Shown here one piece after another: positions 23,591 to 37,100 of a stretch of DNA of 64,000 bases. Both the position numbers and the translations under genes were made by a program. Positions within the stretch are counted from its first letter, which is position 1. Each line of letters starts with the position of its first letter. Location: NCBI GenBank assembly GCA_964019425.1, contig OZ025799.1, positions 620,001 through 684,000 on the forward strand, given 5' to 3'. Below the pieces are notes generated by a model, which did no database searches, was not told where the DNA came from, and was given only the letters and a program-made list of their open reading frames with translations. This DNA comes from Flectonema sp. DT1601. Taxonomy: Eukaryota.

Positions 23591-25933
23591 AACGATTCTC
23601 CCAACAGGTGAATATTTTAGTTGCGAAAGATTGTGTTTGGTGGATATCAAATTAGGAGATGGAAATAGTTATTTTATGTTCTCTTTTTGGGATACTTTTT
23701 TTTTTTATGCTCCGTGTCTGAAGCATTATGTTGCAACCAATCCTGTCGCAATCTCTGTTAAAATTGTGTGAAATGATCCGATGCGTTGTTATTTATTTAT
23801 TCTTTTTTTTAAATATAAATCACTGAATAATTCTCATGTTTTGTGGAAGTTTTCTTCTTAGTCATTATTGTTGGGTTTATAGTGTTTTTTTTCTTCTTTT
23901 TTTTTGAATGTTAAGGTGTTTAAACCCTCTCGCTCTACCTCCTGGTAAGCGAGGTTATATACATAAGGAGATGCATAAAAAGAGTGGCCACTGTGAAGGC
24001 AAAATCTCGTATCTATTAGTGCAACCTTTTTCGTAACATCATTTTCCTTTTTTTTTTTTTTTTTTTTTTGTTGTCTTTCCGTTCCATTCCAATATCGACG
24101 TAGTACAGATCAGTAAGTTACTGCAATGAAACAGTCTCGCTTTGTCAACAATGAAGTGCTCCGAATTTTCTCTCCACTTTCATCATCTTCTTCTTCTTTT
24201 TTTTTTTTGAAGAAGACGTAGTTTTCGTCGGCCCATTCCTCCGTCATGTTAGACAGAGGGAGAGAACGGTTTCGCGAAGTATGAATGATCTTTCAAAAAA
24301 AAAAAAAAAAAAAAAACCCAAAAACAGTTTAAAAAAAAAAAAAAGAATTCCTTTTTTTTAATGTTTTTGTTTAACGCTTAGTCTTTTATAACGCATAACC
24401 TAACCTCTTTATTTATTTAAGTCGGGTATTGATCTCACATTTTGGCCCTATTCGAGGGAGTGAAATTCGCGTTAACTTTCTCTAGCAAGCAAGTCCTTCT
24501 TCACAATCACGCTAATTTAGGTCCTGCTGAGAGAGAGTAATTTTTTTTTTTTCCTTTTCCCCATACACGCGGATTGGCTCACACGAACAAGGGGTGGAAC
24601 TTGCGAGTTGCCCGTAAAAACAACAACAAAAAAAAAAACTATTAAAACTAATTCTAGCAGTTAAGAAGTCCCCATGTGCGGACGGTTTTGAAAAAAATGG
24701 TCGCTAATTGGCCCCTGTCTGGGAGGTGTAATTTTGCGCAACAAGAAGGAAAAAAAAAACTCTTTTTTTATAATTGTATTCTAACAGCTCACATAGCACT
24801 GCAATATTCTTCTTTTTACCCCTTTTTTTTTGATTAGTTCTTGGCGTTAGTAAAAGTCAGAGTACGTGGCCAACATATGGCTGTTTTATTATGAACGGGT
24901 CACATTAGTTTGCAGCCGAATTCCTTCTTTGCAAACTGACATCTCGTAGGAACTAAAACATGTTTTCAACTTTTCTGACAACGTAGGAACCAGTATCGTG
25001 AACGTTTCGCGTCAGGGTGCAACTTTTTGTTGGATTGTTTGTCTTTTTTCCCCCCCCCATCTTTTTATTTTCTATTTTCTTTTGTCCCAGTTAGTTTTCA
25101 TCTATAAAAGTGCTCTTTTTCGTATCACAAAAAATAAAAAATAAATGAAACATAATATCGTCTATGTTTTGGTTGATAGCCTTCTTCGAATTCGTATTGC
25201 AATATTGTTTCCTTACATAAGTTTTTTTTGCACCGACAAAGTCGGAAGAAACTATTCATATTAAGAGCCGTTTATTTATTATGTTAAAGGTTTATCTGAA
25301 TGGTTTTTGTGTGAATTTTTTGTTGTGTTTTCCCCCTGTTTAAGGAAAAACATGGAAAAGAGAAGCTGCGCATGAAGTTGTTTGGTATTGAGCGGCAGGT
25401 GACTCTTTTCTTCTTGTCATTGTTGCAGCTATTTTTCTTTTTTTTGTATTTTGTTCTCACAGTTTTATTGGTATTCTGATGTGACATGAGATTTATTAGT
25501 TTTTTTTTTCCCTTCTTTTTTTCCTTTTAAATTTCTTCTCTCCACTCACCACTATAGCCATCAACCATATCTCTGCTAAACTAGTGGTGGGAAAAAAAAA
25601 AAAAAAAAAAAAAAAAAGGGAATTTGTTTTTTTTGCAACAACTCTTTGACACAATGAAGTATTCCAGAAAATTTTAAATGGTTATTTTATTTTTTAAAAA
25701 TCGGCCCAAATGTTATCGGGGCTGCAGCATATGAAAAATCGTGTTGTTGTTGTTGTTTTCTTATTTTATATTAAAAAAATTGTAAAATTTATTTATTTTT
25801 TTAATTATGTCTTATTCACAAAACAGGTTCCACCAGATACGTTTCATCATTTCGTTTCGTTAACTTTCCTTATTTCTCGTATCAGTATTACTTTACAAGG
25901 TAGGGAGGTAAAGAAAACTAAATATATATAAAT

Positions 25934-27451
25934 ATGGCGCTTGCCCTCCATCAAAGGGCTGTTATATCTTTTAATTCCTCACCACTTTATCATTCTCAAC
26001 GGGTTCGATGGAATACGATGACACCGTCAGCACCACAAGTAGCTGTTCGCAAACCAACCCAAACACTAAAACCGGTCGAAGAAAATCAACAAAGTTACGC
26101 AAGCTTTATAAAATCGTTGGAAAAAGTTGTTGCTCAGAAGTCGCGTATTAATAATGTAAGTAGAATACTACAGCAAGCACCCAAATCTAAAAATCTGTAC
26201 TACGCACAAGAACTGCAACAACTACTACACGAAGTTATATTGCAAGAGAAAGCCTCTCGGTCACCACCTTCTGAAAATGACGTTATCTCGTTCGTTCGTG
26301 TGTCTACTAAATTGTTAGAGAGAATGGGAAGACCGGATTTCGCGATAAAACTGTTGAGGAATTACGAAAGATGGGAAGTAAATCATAGTAAAGCGATAAG
26401 CCAATTCCTTCAAAAATATTTGAAAGAATTTCGATTCCGTAGAAAGAGTTCCAAAGCTCACTGGGAAAGATTTACCAACCAATCAACATCAGCTACTCGT
26501 TGTTTTGATCATGTTATAGCAACAGGAAAATTTAATTATGATAATTTGAGAGATGTTTCTCCAAAGAATTTAATCGCGTTGATCAAAACAGCTTTTGAAG
26601 CAGATCCAATAAAGTACAAACCGCATGCAAAACAACTCCTGTCGTGTTTTAATAAATCAACTGAACTTTATCCGGCAATGGCTTCGATGTGGTCTTTATT
26701 ATACCCTGTGATCGCAAGTATTAATCCTTGTGATGTCCCAGAAAAGTCTTTATCATTTGGTGAAGACTGGCATCAGCCTGCTGTGTTATCACTTGAAAAC
26801 TTTCTAAAATTACACCAAAAGAAAGTAACAGTCGCTTGTTTCACTACTCCATTATCAATGCAAAGTTCCCTCACGACGTCTGTGAAGAGCAGTATTGTTA
26901 TTCCTTATAGTTGCATATTAAGGCTGAAATCTCTGCAAGGATCTGCTGTGAAAAGCGTTCAAAATTATGCTACAGCAGCGTTGCAAAATTTGCGTCAAAG
27001 TAGTGCTTTGAGAATTCTGACAGTCGTCGAGGAATTTAATTTAAGGGAATTGGGTGATCGTCTTCTGAACAATAATAATAAAAATGATAACATCAGCTAC
27101 GAACCTCTTCTCTCAATAGCAGTCGGATTACAACAATCGTGTGAAGAAGTTTGTGTTGTGTCTTCCCTGTTGACTATTCATGAAGTATTCTCTCAGAATA
27201 AACTGTTAAAACCAATAACAATATCATTCCCTGTCGAAACTGAGCAACAAGAACCAGAATGCACGCTTCCTGAACTGACTCCTGAACTTGGAATCATCGA
27301 AGAAATTTGGAATTCGTCTTCTGAACCAAATTCATCAGAAATTCAAACAAACCGAAAAAATCTATTCCCAAAGACGAAGAAGTCCGAATACAGATTCGAG
27401 AGGCATTTTAAAAATAATTTTGCTTTGGCGTGGCCGAGGGTGGTTGCCTGA
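25934..27451 (+). CDS. Hypothetical protein, possibly mitochondrial, with degenerate PIN-like C-terminal region
   Basis: 505-aa ORF with an N-terminus rich in R/S/hydrophobics and lacking acidic residues. IVIPYSCILRL...ATAALQNL...LLSIAVGL...VCVVSS loosely follows PIN topology. Function is inference only. Confidence 0.6.
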   Translation: MALALHQRAVISFNSSPLYHSQRVRWNTMTPSAPQVAVRKPTQTLKPVEENQQSYASFIKSLEKVVAQKSRINNVSRILQQAPKSKNLYYAQELQQLLHEVILQEKASRSPPSENDVISFVRVSTKLLERMGRPDFAIKLLRNYERWEVNHSKAISQFLQKYLKEFRFRRKSSKAHWERFTNQSTSATRCFDHVIATGKFNYDNLRDVSPKNLIALIKTAFEADPIKYKPHAKQLLSCFNKSTELYPAMASMWSLLYPVIASINPCDVPEKSLSFGEDWHQPAVLSLENFLKLHQKKVTVACFTTPLSMQSSLTTSVKSSIVIPYSCILRLKSLQGSAVKSVQNYATAALQNLRQSSALRILTVVEEFNLRELGDRLLNNNNKNDNISYEPLLSIAVGLQQSCEEVCVVSSLLTIHEVFSQNKLLKPITISFPVETEQQEPECTLPELTPELGIIEEIWNSSSEPNSSEIQTNRKNLFPKTKKSEYRFERHFKNNFALAWPRVVA

Positions 27452-27788
27452 TTCTAATCCTCTTTTATTGGACAAAAAACAACATCAATTACTCTCTCTC
27501 TCTCTCTCCCTCTCTCTTTTAAGAGCTTCCCATGTTATATGATGTTAATCAACCTGCTGGTGATTTGCAGCCAAATTCGATTGTGGATTTCTTTTTATAT
27601 TCCCCCTTCAATCATTTTACATTATTTTTTTCTATAACATATTTTAACGTAAATGAAGATAGCTAACAAGAGAAAACAATTAAAAAGTTTATTGACTGAT
27701 TCGGTGTAACTTCTGACATCATATTTATATCTAATGCTAACCTAATCAGTGAATTATAATCTTGTATTGTATCTTTTGAACGATAAAA

Positions 27789-28523
27789 ATGAGGAATCAA
27801 ATTTTACGCCAATCGGCTGTTTTATTTTCGAATGGCAAGCCAACTCCGTCAACAGGGTCTCGGCACACAATGGACAAAACGATTGAGATGGAATTCGTGC
27901 AGACGATATACGATAAGATATCTGACGAGTGGAATGAGACAAGAAGGTTTCCGTGGAAGAAATGTTCCAAATTCTTAGACAGCTGTGAAGAGGGAGACTT
28001 TATTGTAGAGATAGGATGTGGGAATGGAAGGAATCTTCGTCCATTGGGTAAAGGCATGTCGATATTCGGAAGTGATATCAGCCAACCGCTCTTGAAATTC
28101 GTTTCTTGTGAAGCGCAGAGATGCTGTGCAACTGACACACCATATCGATCTAATGTATTTGATAAAGTAATGAGTATTGCTTGTATTCATCATATGGCAA
28201 GTCCAGAGAGAAGATTATCTGCGCTTCAAGAACTCATTCGGATATCAAGACCAGGGGGGTCGATCCTTCTTTACGTTCGATCAAACGAACGCCAAGACCT
28301 CATTCACCAGGGAGCCTGTCCTGTTGGAGGAATGGAATCGAATGATATAACAATAGATTGGAACAGAGGTAAAGGTTCTGAAGGAGTATCTCTCCCTCGT
28401 TATCATCATCTCTTTAATGAAGATGAACTTCTCTTACTGTGTAAACAGCTTCCAGCGACTATCGAATCTTTCGAACAGGAAAAAGACAACTGGGTAGTGA
28501 TTATGACAAAGGAACTCCCGTAG
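27789..28523 (+). CDS. Trm9/ALKBH8-type tRNA wobble-uridine carboxymethyltransferase domain protein
   Basis: E.EFVQTIYDKIS..W.ETR..PW, SAM motif I VEIGCGNG, SIACIHH..SPERR..AL.EL.R..RPGG and RYHHLF..EL. The N-terminus resembles a transit peptide. Confidence 0.85.
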   Translation: MRNQILRQSAVLFSNGKPTPSTGSRHTMDKTIEMEFVQTIYDKISDEWNETRRFPWKKCSKFLDSCEEGDFIVEIGCGNGRNLRPLGKGMSIFGSDISQPLLKFVSCEAQRCCATDTPYRSNVFDKVMSIACIHHMASPERRLSALQELIRISRPGGSILLYVRSNERQDLIHQGACPVGGMESNDITIDWNRGKGSEGVSLPRYHHLFNEDELLLLCKQLPATIESFEQEKDNWVVIMTKELP

Positions 28524-28766
28524 AAAACAGAAAACAATGAGAGTTGTTCACAATTAGTGTGATGTTTAATTATCTGGAGTAGCTGTTAAGAGTTGAAGCT
28601 GCACGTCAACCGGAAAATTCGAATTTCTCCATGTCACCAAATGACTACCTGCTCTGAAAGCGGAGCATTATTTCTGTTTTAGTCAACCGAATGCATCCTT
28701 CTTGGGTAATGTATTCCTCTTTGTGAGTTAGTTATCTTATTATCTTATTACAGTTGATCATCAACA

Positions 28767-29648
28767 ATGCTTCAGCGCAATGTACGGCAGAAGGTGATGA
28801 GGCCGTCGAAATTCTTTTTACTTCCACAAGATGGGAGAGGGACTCGAACTCTGGGGGTGGTGAAATTACCGCAGTCAACGGCATCGATGAATGTTGCTAA
28901 ACGTCTGCGGGAGATTGCGAGGGTTCGAATAGCAACGGGTCTGATAGAAGAAGGAATTAGTTTGTTGTTAAAGGTTCACTCAACGTTAGAATGTTTTGAA
29001 GGAAGAGGGACATCGTTTGTTGAATCAGCTCTGGAAATATCTGCTGCCTACGGGGCACTCGATGAATACATCCTCGCCTGCAGTACCGCTGATGCGGCAT
29101 CGGATGCTGCCCGAGCTCTAATCGTTGGAGACAGTCAGAATGTATCTCCCGATTTGAAATCTTTATTCTTATTATGTACTCATAAAACAGCTCAACTACG
29201 ACTTGATTGGATGGTTCATATCAAGTCATCATACAATAGATTATTAAAAGTGACCGAAGCAATCGGTATTTACTCAAAAGCGATTCGTTGGATGGATTAT
29301 GCTAAACTAAATGACGGAGTTGAATATATTCTACTTCTTCGATACTTGGCGGAAGCACTCAAACACAGACCGATAACTGACACTCAATCCCAAGATGAGA
29401 TTGATGAAGTGTATTGTAGAATTGTTGTTGTCTCTGAGAAGTATCCTCATGAAGCTGAACTAGCTAAAAAGAGATTACGAAAACTCAGATCCCTTCGACG
29501 ATGGAACAAAGCAGCAATGAAGATACAAGCTCTTTGGAAGGGTCACAGAGTTAGATGTCTACCAAATGATCAACCAGAACATGTTTTTAATTCTGTTCCT
29601 CGTATTGGTGGTGCTGCTAAGAGTGCAGCTGTTCTTCCGGCGCCATAA
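28767..29648 (+). CDS. Helical (TPR-like) protein with C-terminal IQ calmodulin-binding motif
   Basis: AAMKIQALWKGHRVR fits IQxxxRGxxxR; the preceding region looks like alpha-helical repeats. Confidence 0.7.
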   Translation: MLQRNVRQKVMRPSKFFLLPQDGRGTRTLGVVKLPQSTASMNVAKRLREIARVRIATGLIEEGISLLLKVHSTLECFEGRGTSFVESALEISAAYGALDEYILACSTADAASDAARALIVGDSQNVSPDLKSLFLLCTHKTAQLRLDWMVHIKSSYNRLLKVTEAIGIYSKAIRWMDYAKLNDGVEYILLLRYLAEALKHRPITDTQSQDEIDEVYCRIVVVSEKYPHEAELAKKRLRKLRSLRRWNKAAMKIQALWKGHRVRCLPNDQPEHVFNSVPRIGGAAKSAAVLPAP

Positions 29649-30212
29649 TCCCCACGATGCCTAAGTAGTACCATAAACTAACTCTTTACTATTATTATAT
29701 CAATACAAGCTTTATGCGTGAGTATCTTTCCTCTCTCTCTCTCTCCTATCAGTCACTTATAATGTGGCTAATGGGGGTCGAATCGTAGTTCTGTTAATAT
29801 GCGTGTGCTAATTATGTCACTAGTGACTTGACATAAAACCCCTGCTTTCGCTTCCACAGTTTGCCGGTTTTATTGTTTTTTTTTTTTTCCACTTGATATT
29901 ATTACACCATTTTTTTATGTTATGTTTTTTTTTAATATTTTATCTCATTTATGTTCTGTCCTGAAAGGGATTGCATTTCAGATTCTGGTTCTATTTTTTT
30001 TTTTTTAAATTCTAAAAATTATATTTAGATTATTGTATTGCTTTTTTTTCTTTTTTTTTTGATGAAATCTTTAACTGGCTCAGCTGCTACTGCTTCTCTC
30101 TTAACTTGTCTTATCTAAGTGGTTACAACTGGTGGAGGTTTCGCACCTCAGAAAGGAAAACTTACACATCAGTAGATGGTTAAGTGATTTCTTTATAGTA
30201 GAAAAGAAGAAA

Positions 30213-30989
30213 ATGATTGACTGCCACACACACCTCACAGATGAAATATTCACCGATTCTATTGATGACGTAGTTCAGAAGGCAAAGGAAAGTGGTGTGA
30301 AGGGTATTGTTGTTGTTGGTGTTGATTTAAATGACTCTTTAAAAGTACTTGAATTATGCTCAAAGTATGATGGTTACCTTCATCCTTGTATTGGAATTCA
30401 TCCTGAGAGAATACCATCAAATCATGAAGAAGCAATAAAAGAAGCGTCTCAGATGATATCGCTAATCAAATCAAACTCAAACTCTCTCTGTGGTGTTGGA
30501 GAGATAGGACTCGATTTCACAGCTCACGTACCAGCTAGCAGAGAAACACAAGTTACTATTTTCGAAATGCAAATACAAACAGCTGTCGAATTAAATCTTC
30601 CCGTTAACGTCCACAGTAGGATGGCAGGTCATTATGCTATAGAGTCCCTCGTTAAGAATAATTGTTCTAATGCTCTGCTTCATGCATTTGATGGTCGTTC
30701 TGCCTACGCAAGGAAGGCAGCTACAGAACACTCGATGTTTTTTAGTATCCCACCTTCGTTTGTTCAAAATAAAGAGAGATATTCATCCCTTATAAAATCA
30801 TTGCCAACTTCTCAAATAGTTCTCGAAACAGACAGTCCTGCGCTCTCTGCTGTAAAAGGAAATCAAAACAATCCTTCAGAAATATATCATTCTCTTGAGT
30901 TGGTCGCTGACTCTCTGGGACAGTCAAAAGATGAAACCATCTCTATGACGACTTCCAATGCTGTTCGTCTGTTTCACAAGATATGTTAA
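30213..30989 (+). CDS. TatD-family metal-dependent nuclease (TATDN3-like)
   Basis: IDCHTHL, GIHP, GEIGLD, NVHSR, LLHAFDG, FFSIPPS and LETDSP. The first ATG (30213) gives the canonical MIDCH start; the ORF-track start at 30132 is a GTG. Confidence 0.92.
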   Translation: MIDCHTHLTDEIFTDSIDDVVQKAKESGVKGIVVVGVDLNDSLKVLELCSKYDGYLHPCIGIHPERIPSNHEEAIKEASQMISLIKSNSNSLCGVGEIGLDFTAHVPASRETQVTIFEMQIQTAVELNLPVNVHSRMAGHYAIESLVKNNCSNALLHAFDGRSAYARKAATEHSMFFSIPPSFVQNKERYSSLIKSLPTSQIVLETDSPALSAVKGNQNNPSEIYHSLELVADSLGQSKDETISMTTSNAVRLFHKIC

Positions 30990-31107
30990 GGAAGATGGGT
31001 GTTATTTTGTTTAGTTTTGTTGTGTTATTTGTGATTTTAATTTCATTTTTTTCACACGTCAGATAAAAACAATGTGTTGAAGATGACGAGCCATCAAGTT
31101 AGTCGGA

Positions 31108-34100
31108 ATGGGAGACCGAGACCAAGAAAGGGATCCAATTATACCAGTTCCAGTTCATCCTTCATTTAAAAAAGAGTTAAAGAGAAGTGATACATGTGAT
31201 GATGACGACTTATTCACAGTTAATATCAACATTGAGGAATTAAGAGACAAGGGTGAGTCCATTTGTTATGACAAGTTCGATTCCCTTCCAGAGTTAAATC
31301 CACAACCAGATTATCAGATAAGTTCTGAGCAACAATTTATGACATTAGAACCTGGTAGACCTCCTATTAAACCGGGTCATCCTCAGGACTTTGCTCCAAA
31401 ACTTGAATTGGGTTCAGGAGTGAGACCTGTCTTATCTCAATATCCAAAACAGTCAATGGAAGTAAATATTTGGGTCAAAGACTGGCAAGATGCTGTTAAC
31501 CTTCCAGCTGTTGATTCAAAGCAACAGAGACTACGGAAATATCGATTACGACAAGTGCTTCAAAGGTTTATTAATGAAGTTGTTCCAACAGCTGTGAGCA
31601 TTATATCAGTTCAAACCGTTGCTGGGACTGGGACTGGTGGAGTCCAGACGGACATTCTCTCATCTCCCACAACTGATGACGATCAGTTTATTAGCGAACA
31701 ACTTCCTCATTCAGCAATTATATCGGATGTAATGTATTTCTTTTCTCATAGTAAGAGTAATATTGAGAAATGCGGATCTCCGGAAAGCGCTGAAAAACTA
31801 ACTCACCACATGCAAAAAGGAACCGATGCCGTCGTTCGTTGTGCAGAACCACAAGTAGGACAATACCCTTACATTACTTTATCATACCTTGGCTATACAG
31901 TTTTCATAAGACCTGTGACTTCAACTTTAAAACAACCGCAACACAATCCTGAAGATCCAATGGCCACTTACATATCAGCGAGATGCGCTGATAAGATGAA
32001 CATAAAAGGTCATTGGACACCTTTAAACCTTCATCGTAGAGATCAACAAAATACCGATGTCAGAAAGTTCACTTACGGACCAGCAGACGTTATTGTAAAG
32101 CGAAGTACTCGTGATGGGTTGTATTATTACGAAAGTGGGAATGACAGACTGATGCCGGCTATGAGTCCGAATACAGAGTTTCACCGACAGGGATACTTAT
32201 ATCAAAGACTTAGAAGGGAAGCAGTTATTAATAATAAAAATAGAAAGGGTCTGAGGACTCCAATATCGTCGGATGTGTTTAGTAATTTTGGATCAAATCG
32301 AAGTGAAGAACATGAAACGGAAGCAGCCCTCTGCACAGATGTAATTTTAACCGGACAAGTCCCACACTTGTTGGACGACTTACTGACAGAGTGTTGGAGC
32401 GCTCGGTTGTCGGACGCTCCTCCTCCGACTGTTGCAGACTATCTGTCAACGGGTCGTCCTTCCGGAGGTAAAACTCGTCTTTCTCGTTACTTTCACTCGA
32501 GGGGTGTGAATATGAGATTTTTGGGATTAGTACTTCAGCTCACTATCGAAAGGCTTCAAAAAATAATGCTTGCTTCCCTTCAGCCATTCGAATATAAAAA
32601 GATAGTCGATGAGGTATGTCTCTCTCTTCATTGTTATTGCTTGTGGGTTAGTAAAACCTTACCTCACCACGCAGGATAAGAATATCAACGTTCCTGCATC
32701 AGTGTTCGCAGCTCACACCAGAGAAATAATCTTGACTTTGAGAACTGAAATGGTCTCTCGGGTACTAAAGAACATTATTAAAGACTCAATGAGAAGAGGA
32801 GGTCATTCTCTGATTCAAATAGTTGAGTTTGTTTTCGGAGACACAGAAGACTCAGAAGAGCAGTTGGATCAGAAAATGCAATTCTGGTTCGAGTTGGTCG
32901 TCCCGAGATTGGAATCAAAATTTGGATCTGGACAACAGGCTCAACTGCAACCTTTCACAGTTGACGACACTGACAAAACAATTCTTTTCCGTAGAGTATC
33001 TGAACTGACTGGGTTGGTATTAGGTCGATCATCGAGTGGTTCTGCCTGCTGCCTCTTAAGAAATAAACAACGCTTTACATGCGACCTATCACTCTGTAAC
33101 GTCATTCCTATCCTTACCCTTCCTGTTATACCCCCAGTTGTATATAAAGAGGGAGAGAAGGCTAATTTAACAAGAAGGGCTTTGCAGTTAGTTAGGGCAG
33201 TCGTGGAATCCGATTTGAGCTCAACAGCTGATCCCAATAAAATATTTCTTCAGATAAAGAATCGTTGTGACACAGCTTCTGAGTACTTAGAAATGACACA
33301 AGGCAATGAAATAGATAACTCTGTCGTTACTTGGAAAGCTACTCGCCAAAGTATGACACTGTGTCACTCAGATCAGCTAAACGACTCTGGAAGAGCAAAA
33401 GATGACAGCGAATACCAAACAGTCGTATATCCAAGAAATCAAGGTGGTCATGTTCAATTCGTAGTCGATGGTTCCCACCCAGATTTTAACAAATTTGGGA
33501 GAGACCTCCGTCCATACCAAGAGGTACTAATGACTACAAGAAGATATGAAAATCAACGAGCTGTTATCGTTGGTGTTCGAAAAGGTTGGTTGTGGAGACA
33601 CACGTACGGTGATGTTGGAGCTTCTCCTTTTAACGCCGTTAATGAAATAGAACTTCAAGAGAGGTACGGACTTATTGTTGAAAGAGAGAATGTTAAACTC
33701 CCTGCTGCTGGTCTCATCAACACTGTCGTAGAACGTTCTGATCCTTCGCGATCTCATGTTACTACTCGACAGTCATATGTTGGTGAAAGCGACCCATATT
33801 TCATTGATTGGTTGCAAGGAAGTGGTGGGATCACTTCATTTGATGCGAGTGAGACATCACTATTCCCAACAGGTCTTTGTCATGGAGATCTCGTATTTTC
33901 TGAGATGTCAGGAATCCTAAGTATTATTATTGGTATCCATCCCAGCTCAAAGCAAGTCTGGTCTCTAAACACCAACAGCGGACTTACATTTGAAATGGTT
34001 TCCGGACAACGAAACAACTCCGACATCGTAACAAAGTATCAATTGGTTACGGTTGGAAAACGTAAACTAGCTCCGATTCATGATACTGTTTTGATTGAAT

Positions 34101-37100
34101 TTCGGGGTGACCAATTTGACATCTCACGAAAAACATGCGGAAAATTTGGTATTTACTACCGACAAACAGTTCTCCTATGCAACGGAGAGTACTCAGGAAC
34201 TTCAGCTACAGTCCTTGGAGTGAATAGAGGTGATATGTGTCTTCTTATAACTTGTGAAGGAGATGTAAATGACGATCAAGTTATTCACTGCGCTGGATGT
34301 ATCGATGCTCATGATTTAAGCTTGGAGTACGCTCCTCATGTCATCCGATACAATCCTGAGTACCTCATTAAGCCTCAGATTATTGACAGTTATCGAACAA
34401 TGGAATTTAAAACATGGCAGGGACACACTAAGAAGTTCATTATACAATCATCGATACTGTACGAGAAGTTTAGAGTCCTTCATGGACATAAAGTACGTGT
34501 GAAATCTGGTAGGTGGTTACATCGAATATTTATTGTAGTTGGAATCAGTGCTGACCCTGTCGATGAAGTAGCTTTGTGGGCGATTCTCTCTGGAGAATTG
34601 GAATACTATGGTGGTGCTGTCCCTTTAGTTAATTGTGATATTGAAATCATGGGTCTTCATATTGGTGATCTGACTTGTGATACTCAGCAACCAACAACTG
34701 TGATTTCAGAAATCAATACTAAAAAAAACATCAAAACAAAATGGGCAAAACTACCAACATTACGAAATCCAGTAAAACGATTGTCATTTGCTGGTCTGAT
34801 GCAGACTATTGATATGAATGGAATTCATCAACCAGTTGAACATTTAACTTTCTTTGGAGAAATAATAACATTTGAAGCATCTCATAATGTGTTGTGTGCT
34901 CTCGGAGTTTATTTCAATCAAAGAGTACTATATCAGCCTCCTCATTGTGGTAATAGTTTCTTTGCTGCAATCGTAGGTTTCTGGAGAGGTGAAATTTGGA
35001 TTCGACCAGACAACAAACTTTATGCGATTCCAATAACTGGCGATAATGAAATTGATATAAGAAAACAGATCACCGTAGTTGGAATCACATCCGTCAAACA
35101 AAAACCTCTCAAAGACCTGTTGATACCTGAGGTGGATTCAACAACGGGATTGTTAATAAATTATAAACAAATAGTCAGCAAATCTATTGATCGCAGCTAC
35201 TGTAATCCTCTTATAGACAAGTCTGTAATTAGTCATTGTACGTCTTCATTTGAGTTGGTTGGTCTTTTAACAGATTTAGACAGTCTTGGAATCTACGGAA
35301 ACGGATACCAAACTGGACAACGTCTTTGCATAGCAGGAGGATATCACAATACTGCGACCAGAACTAAAGCAGCTGATGGCTGTGGTATTGACGTGTACTA
35401 CAAGTGGTTTAATACAAGTGATATAGTAACTGTTTTGGGTGTCTTGGGTACTCAACTATTCGTTCAAAAAGATGATCAATTCGGTTCTACATCTCTCGCA
35501 ATACCAACTCAAGGAGTTCAGTCACTTCAGAGTATTGTTGGATGTGGTGATCTCACAACAGTTAAAAAGAATTGTTTTCTAACTGAAACAGATCGACTGG
35601 CCCAATTGCGAAGGATCAGAGAAGTCGAAGATTCGACTGACGGACTTCCTCGAGTAGCCTCCCCAAAGGCAGACCGCTCTGAAGCAATTACAGAAATGAG
35701 TGAAGACATGTTAAAACCTTACATCAGACTTGTTACTAGAGAAGAGTTAATTGAGATTGGGAAGAAGTTTGAAATATTTCCCTGCGCTAGACTCCGAGCT
35801 ATCTTAGAGGAAGTTCTTAAAACTCACGGACTCGGTCTTCGCTACTCGGAGTCGGAAGTCGATGCTTTTAAGAAACTCTCCGTTCTCACAAAAATATTTG
35901 ATGTTTGTCTTTCAATTCCAACCATTATGAATAGTCAGATGTTTAGCAAGAACTCCTCAAAGGCAGACATTGACCACTCTTATGAAGAGGTAGTTTCAAG
36001 GAGAGAGAATATGTTGCATTCTAGAAACACTGCATTTAAAGAAGATGTAGAAGAAGATCGTCTATATAGATTAAAAATAGACAAAGAGATTAGAGACGTT
36101 TCGATTATGAGAGCTGAAGAATCGAATGATCAGGGGAGACTACGGCAACTTCGAAAACCACGAAACTCATTGAGATCCATCGCTGGTCGACTTGAATGGA
36201 TTGCGGAAGAGCAAGAGATTCAACAAAAAAAACTTCAAAAACTCGCTGCTCGGAAATCTGCTGCAGAACTCAATCTTCCCTTCTCACGAAGTCTGCTCAC
36301 AGAAACTGACACCACTCCTCAGCCACCTAATCTTGTGGACTCGGTTCTTTATTACGACACAGACTTTCAGTATCTAAGAGCTAATGCACAAGTTATATAC
36401 TTCGACACCAGAGAAGTCAGCACATCGAAGTGGAAACTACCTGCGGGATCAAGAGTAACATACGGAAGAGGAGATTTATCAGGAGTAACCGCAGTGGTAC
36501 TGGGATCTCATGAGGGGAAGTTATGGATGTATGATGAGGATGACAGTGGTGGTGCCGCCACACCTTTATCGGCATTGACAGCTCAAGAAGCCTACGATGA
36601 CCATAAATTAACAATCACTGAGAGGAATGTGAAAGTACGTAACGCTGATCCATTTATTTACACTTTGTGGGATTCTCGTGTTGTAGAAATCGATATTTCA
36701 ATTCCTGCCTGCGATGTCTTTTCAGTCTATCACGGTGAGAGATATTCCTGTGGCACTGATCCCCCACTCCTGGGAGACGTTCCCCGATGGTGGACTGGAT
36801 CTCGTCCCTTTGTTATTACAATCATTGGTGTCTTTAAGAAACAACTTTATTATTCTTTCAACGACCAGTCTGGTGCCGTTGCTTTCACTGGCACCAACAT
36901 CACTGAGGCGTTCAGACTGGAGTTGCTGTACACTGCACCTGTTATTCAAAAGGGAAGAGATGAGCTTACTAGTAAGGATATCGTGAAATACATTGGGAAA
37001 TACACAGCTGATAATAGACTGCCAATGTTCACGGGAATGCTGGCAGCTTCAACTGCGCAAAGATTGGCTAGGAGGTTTGTTGGGAAAGTAGTGACGAAGA

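Noticed and set aside
32609..32679. Overlap of two large ORFs suggesting programmed frameshifting
   Set aside because: Fully explained by a canonical 61-nt GT-AG intron.
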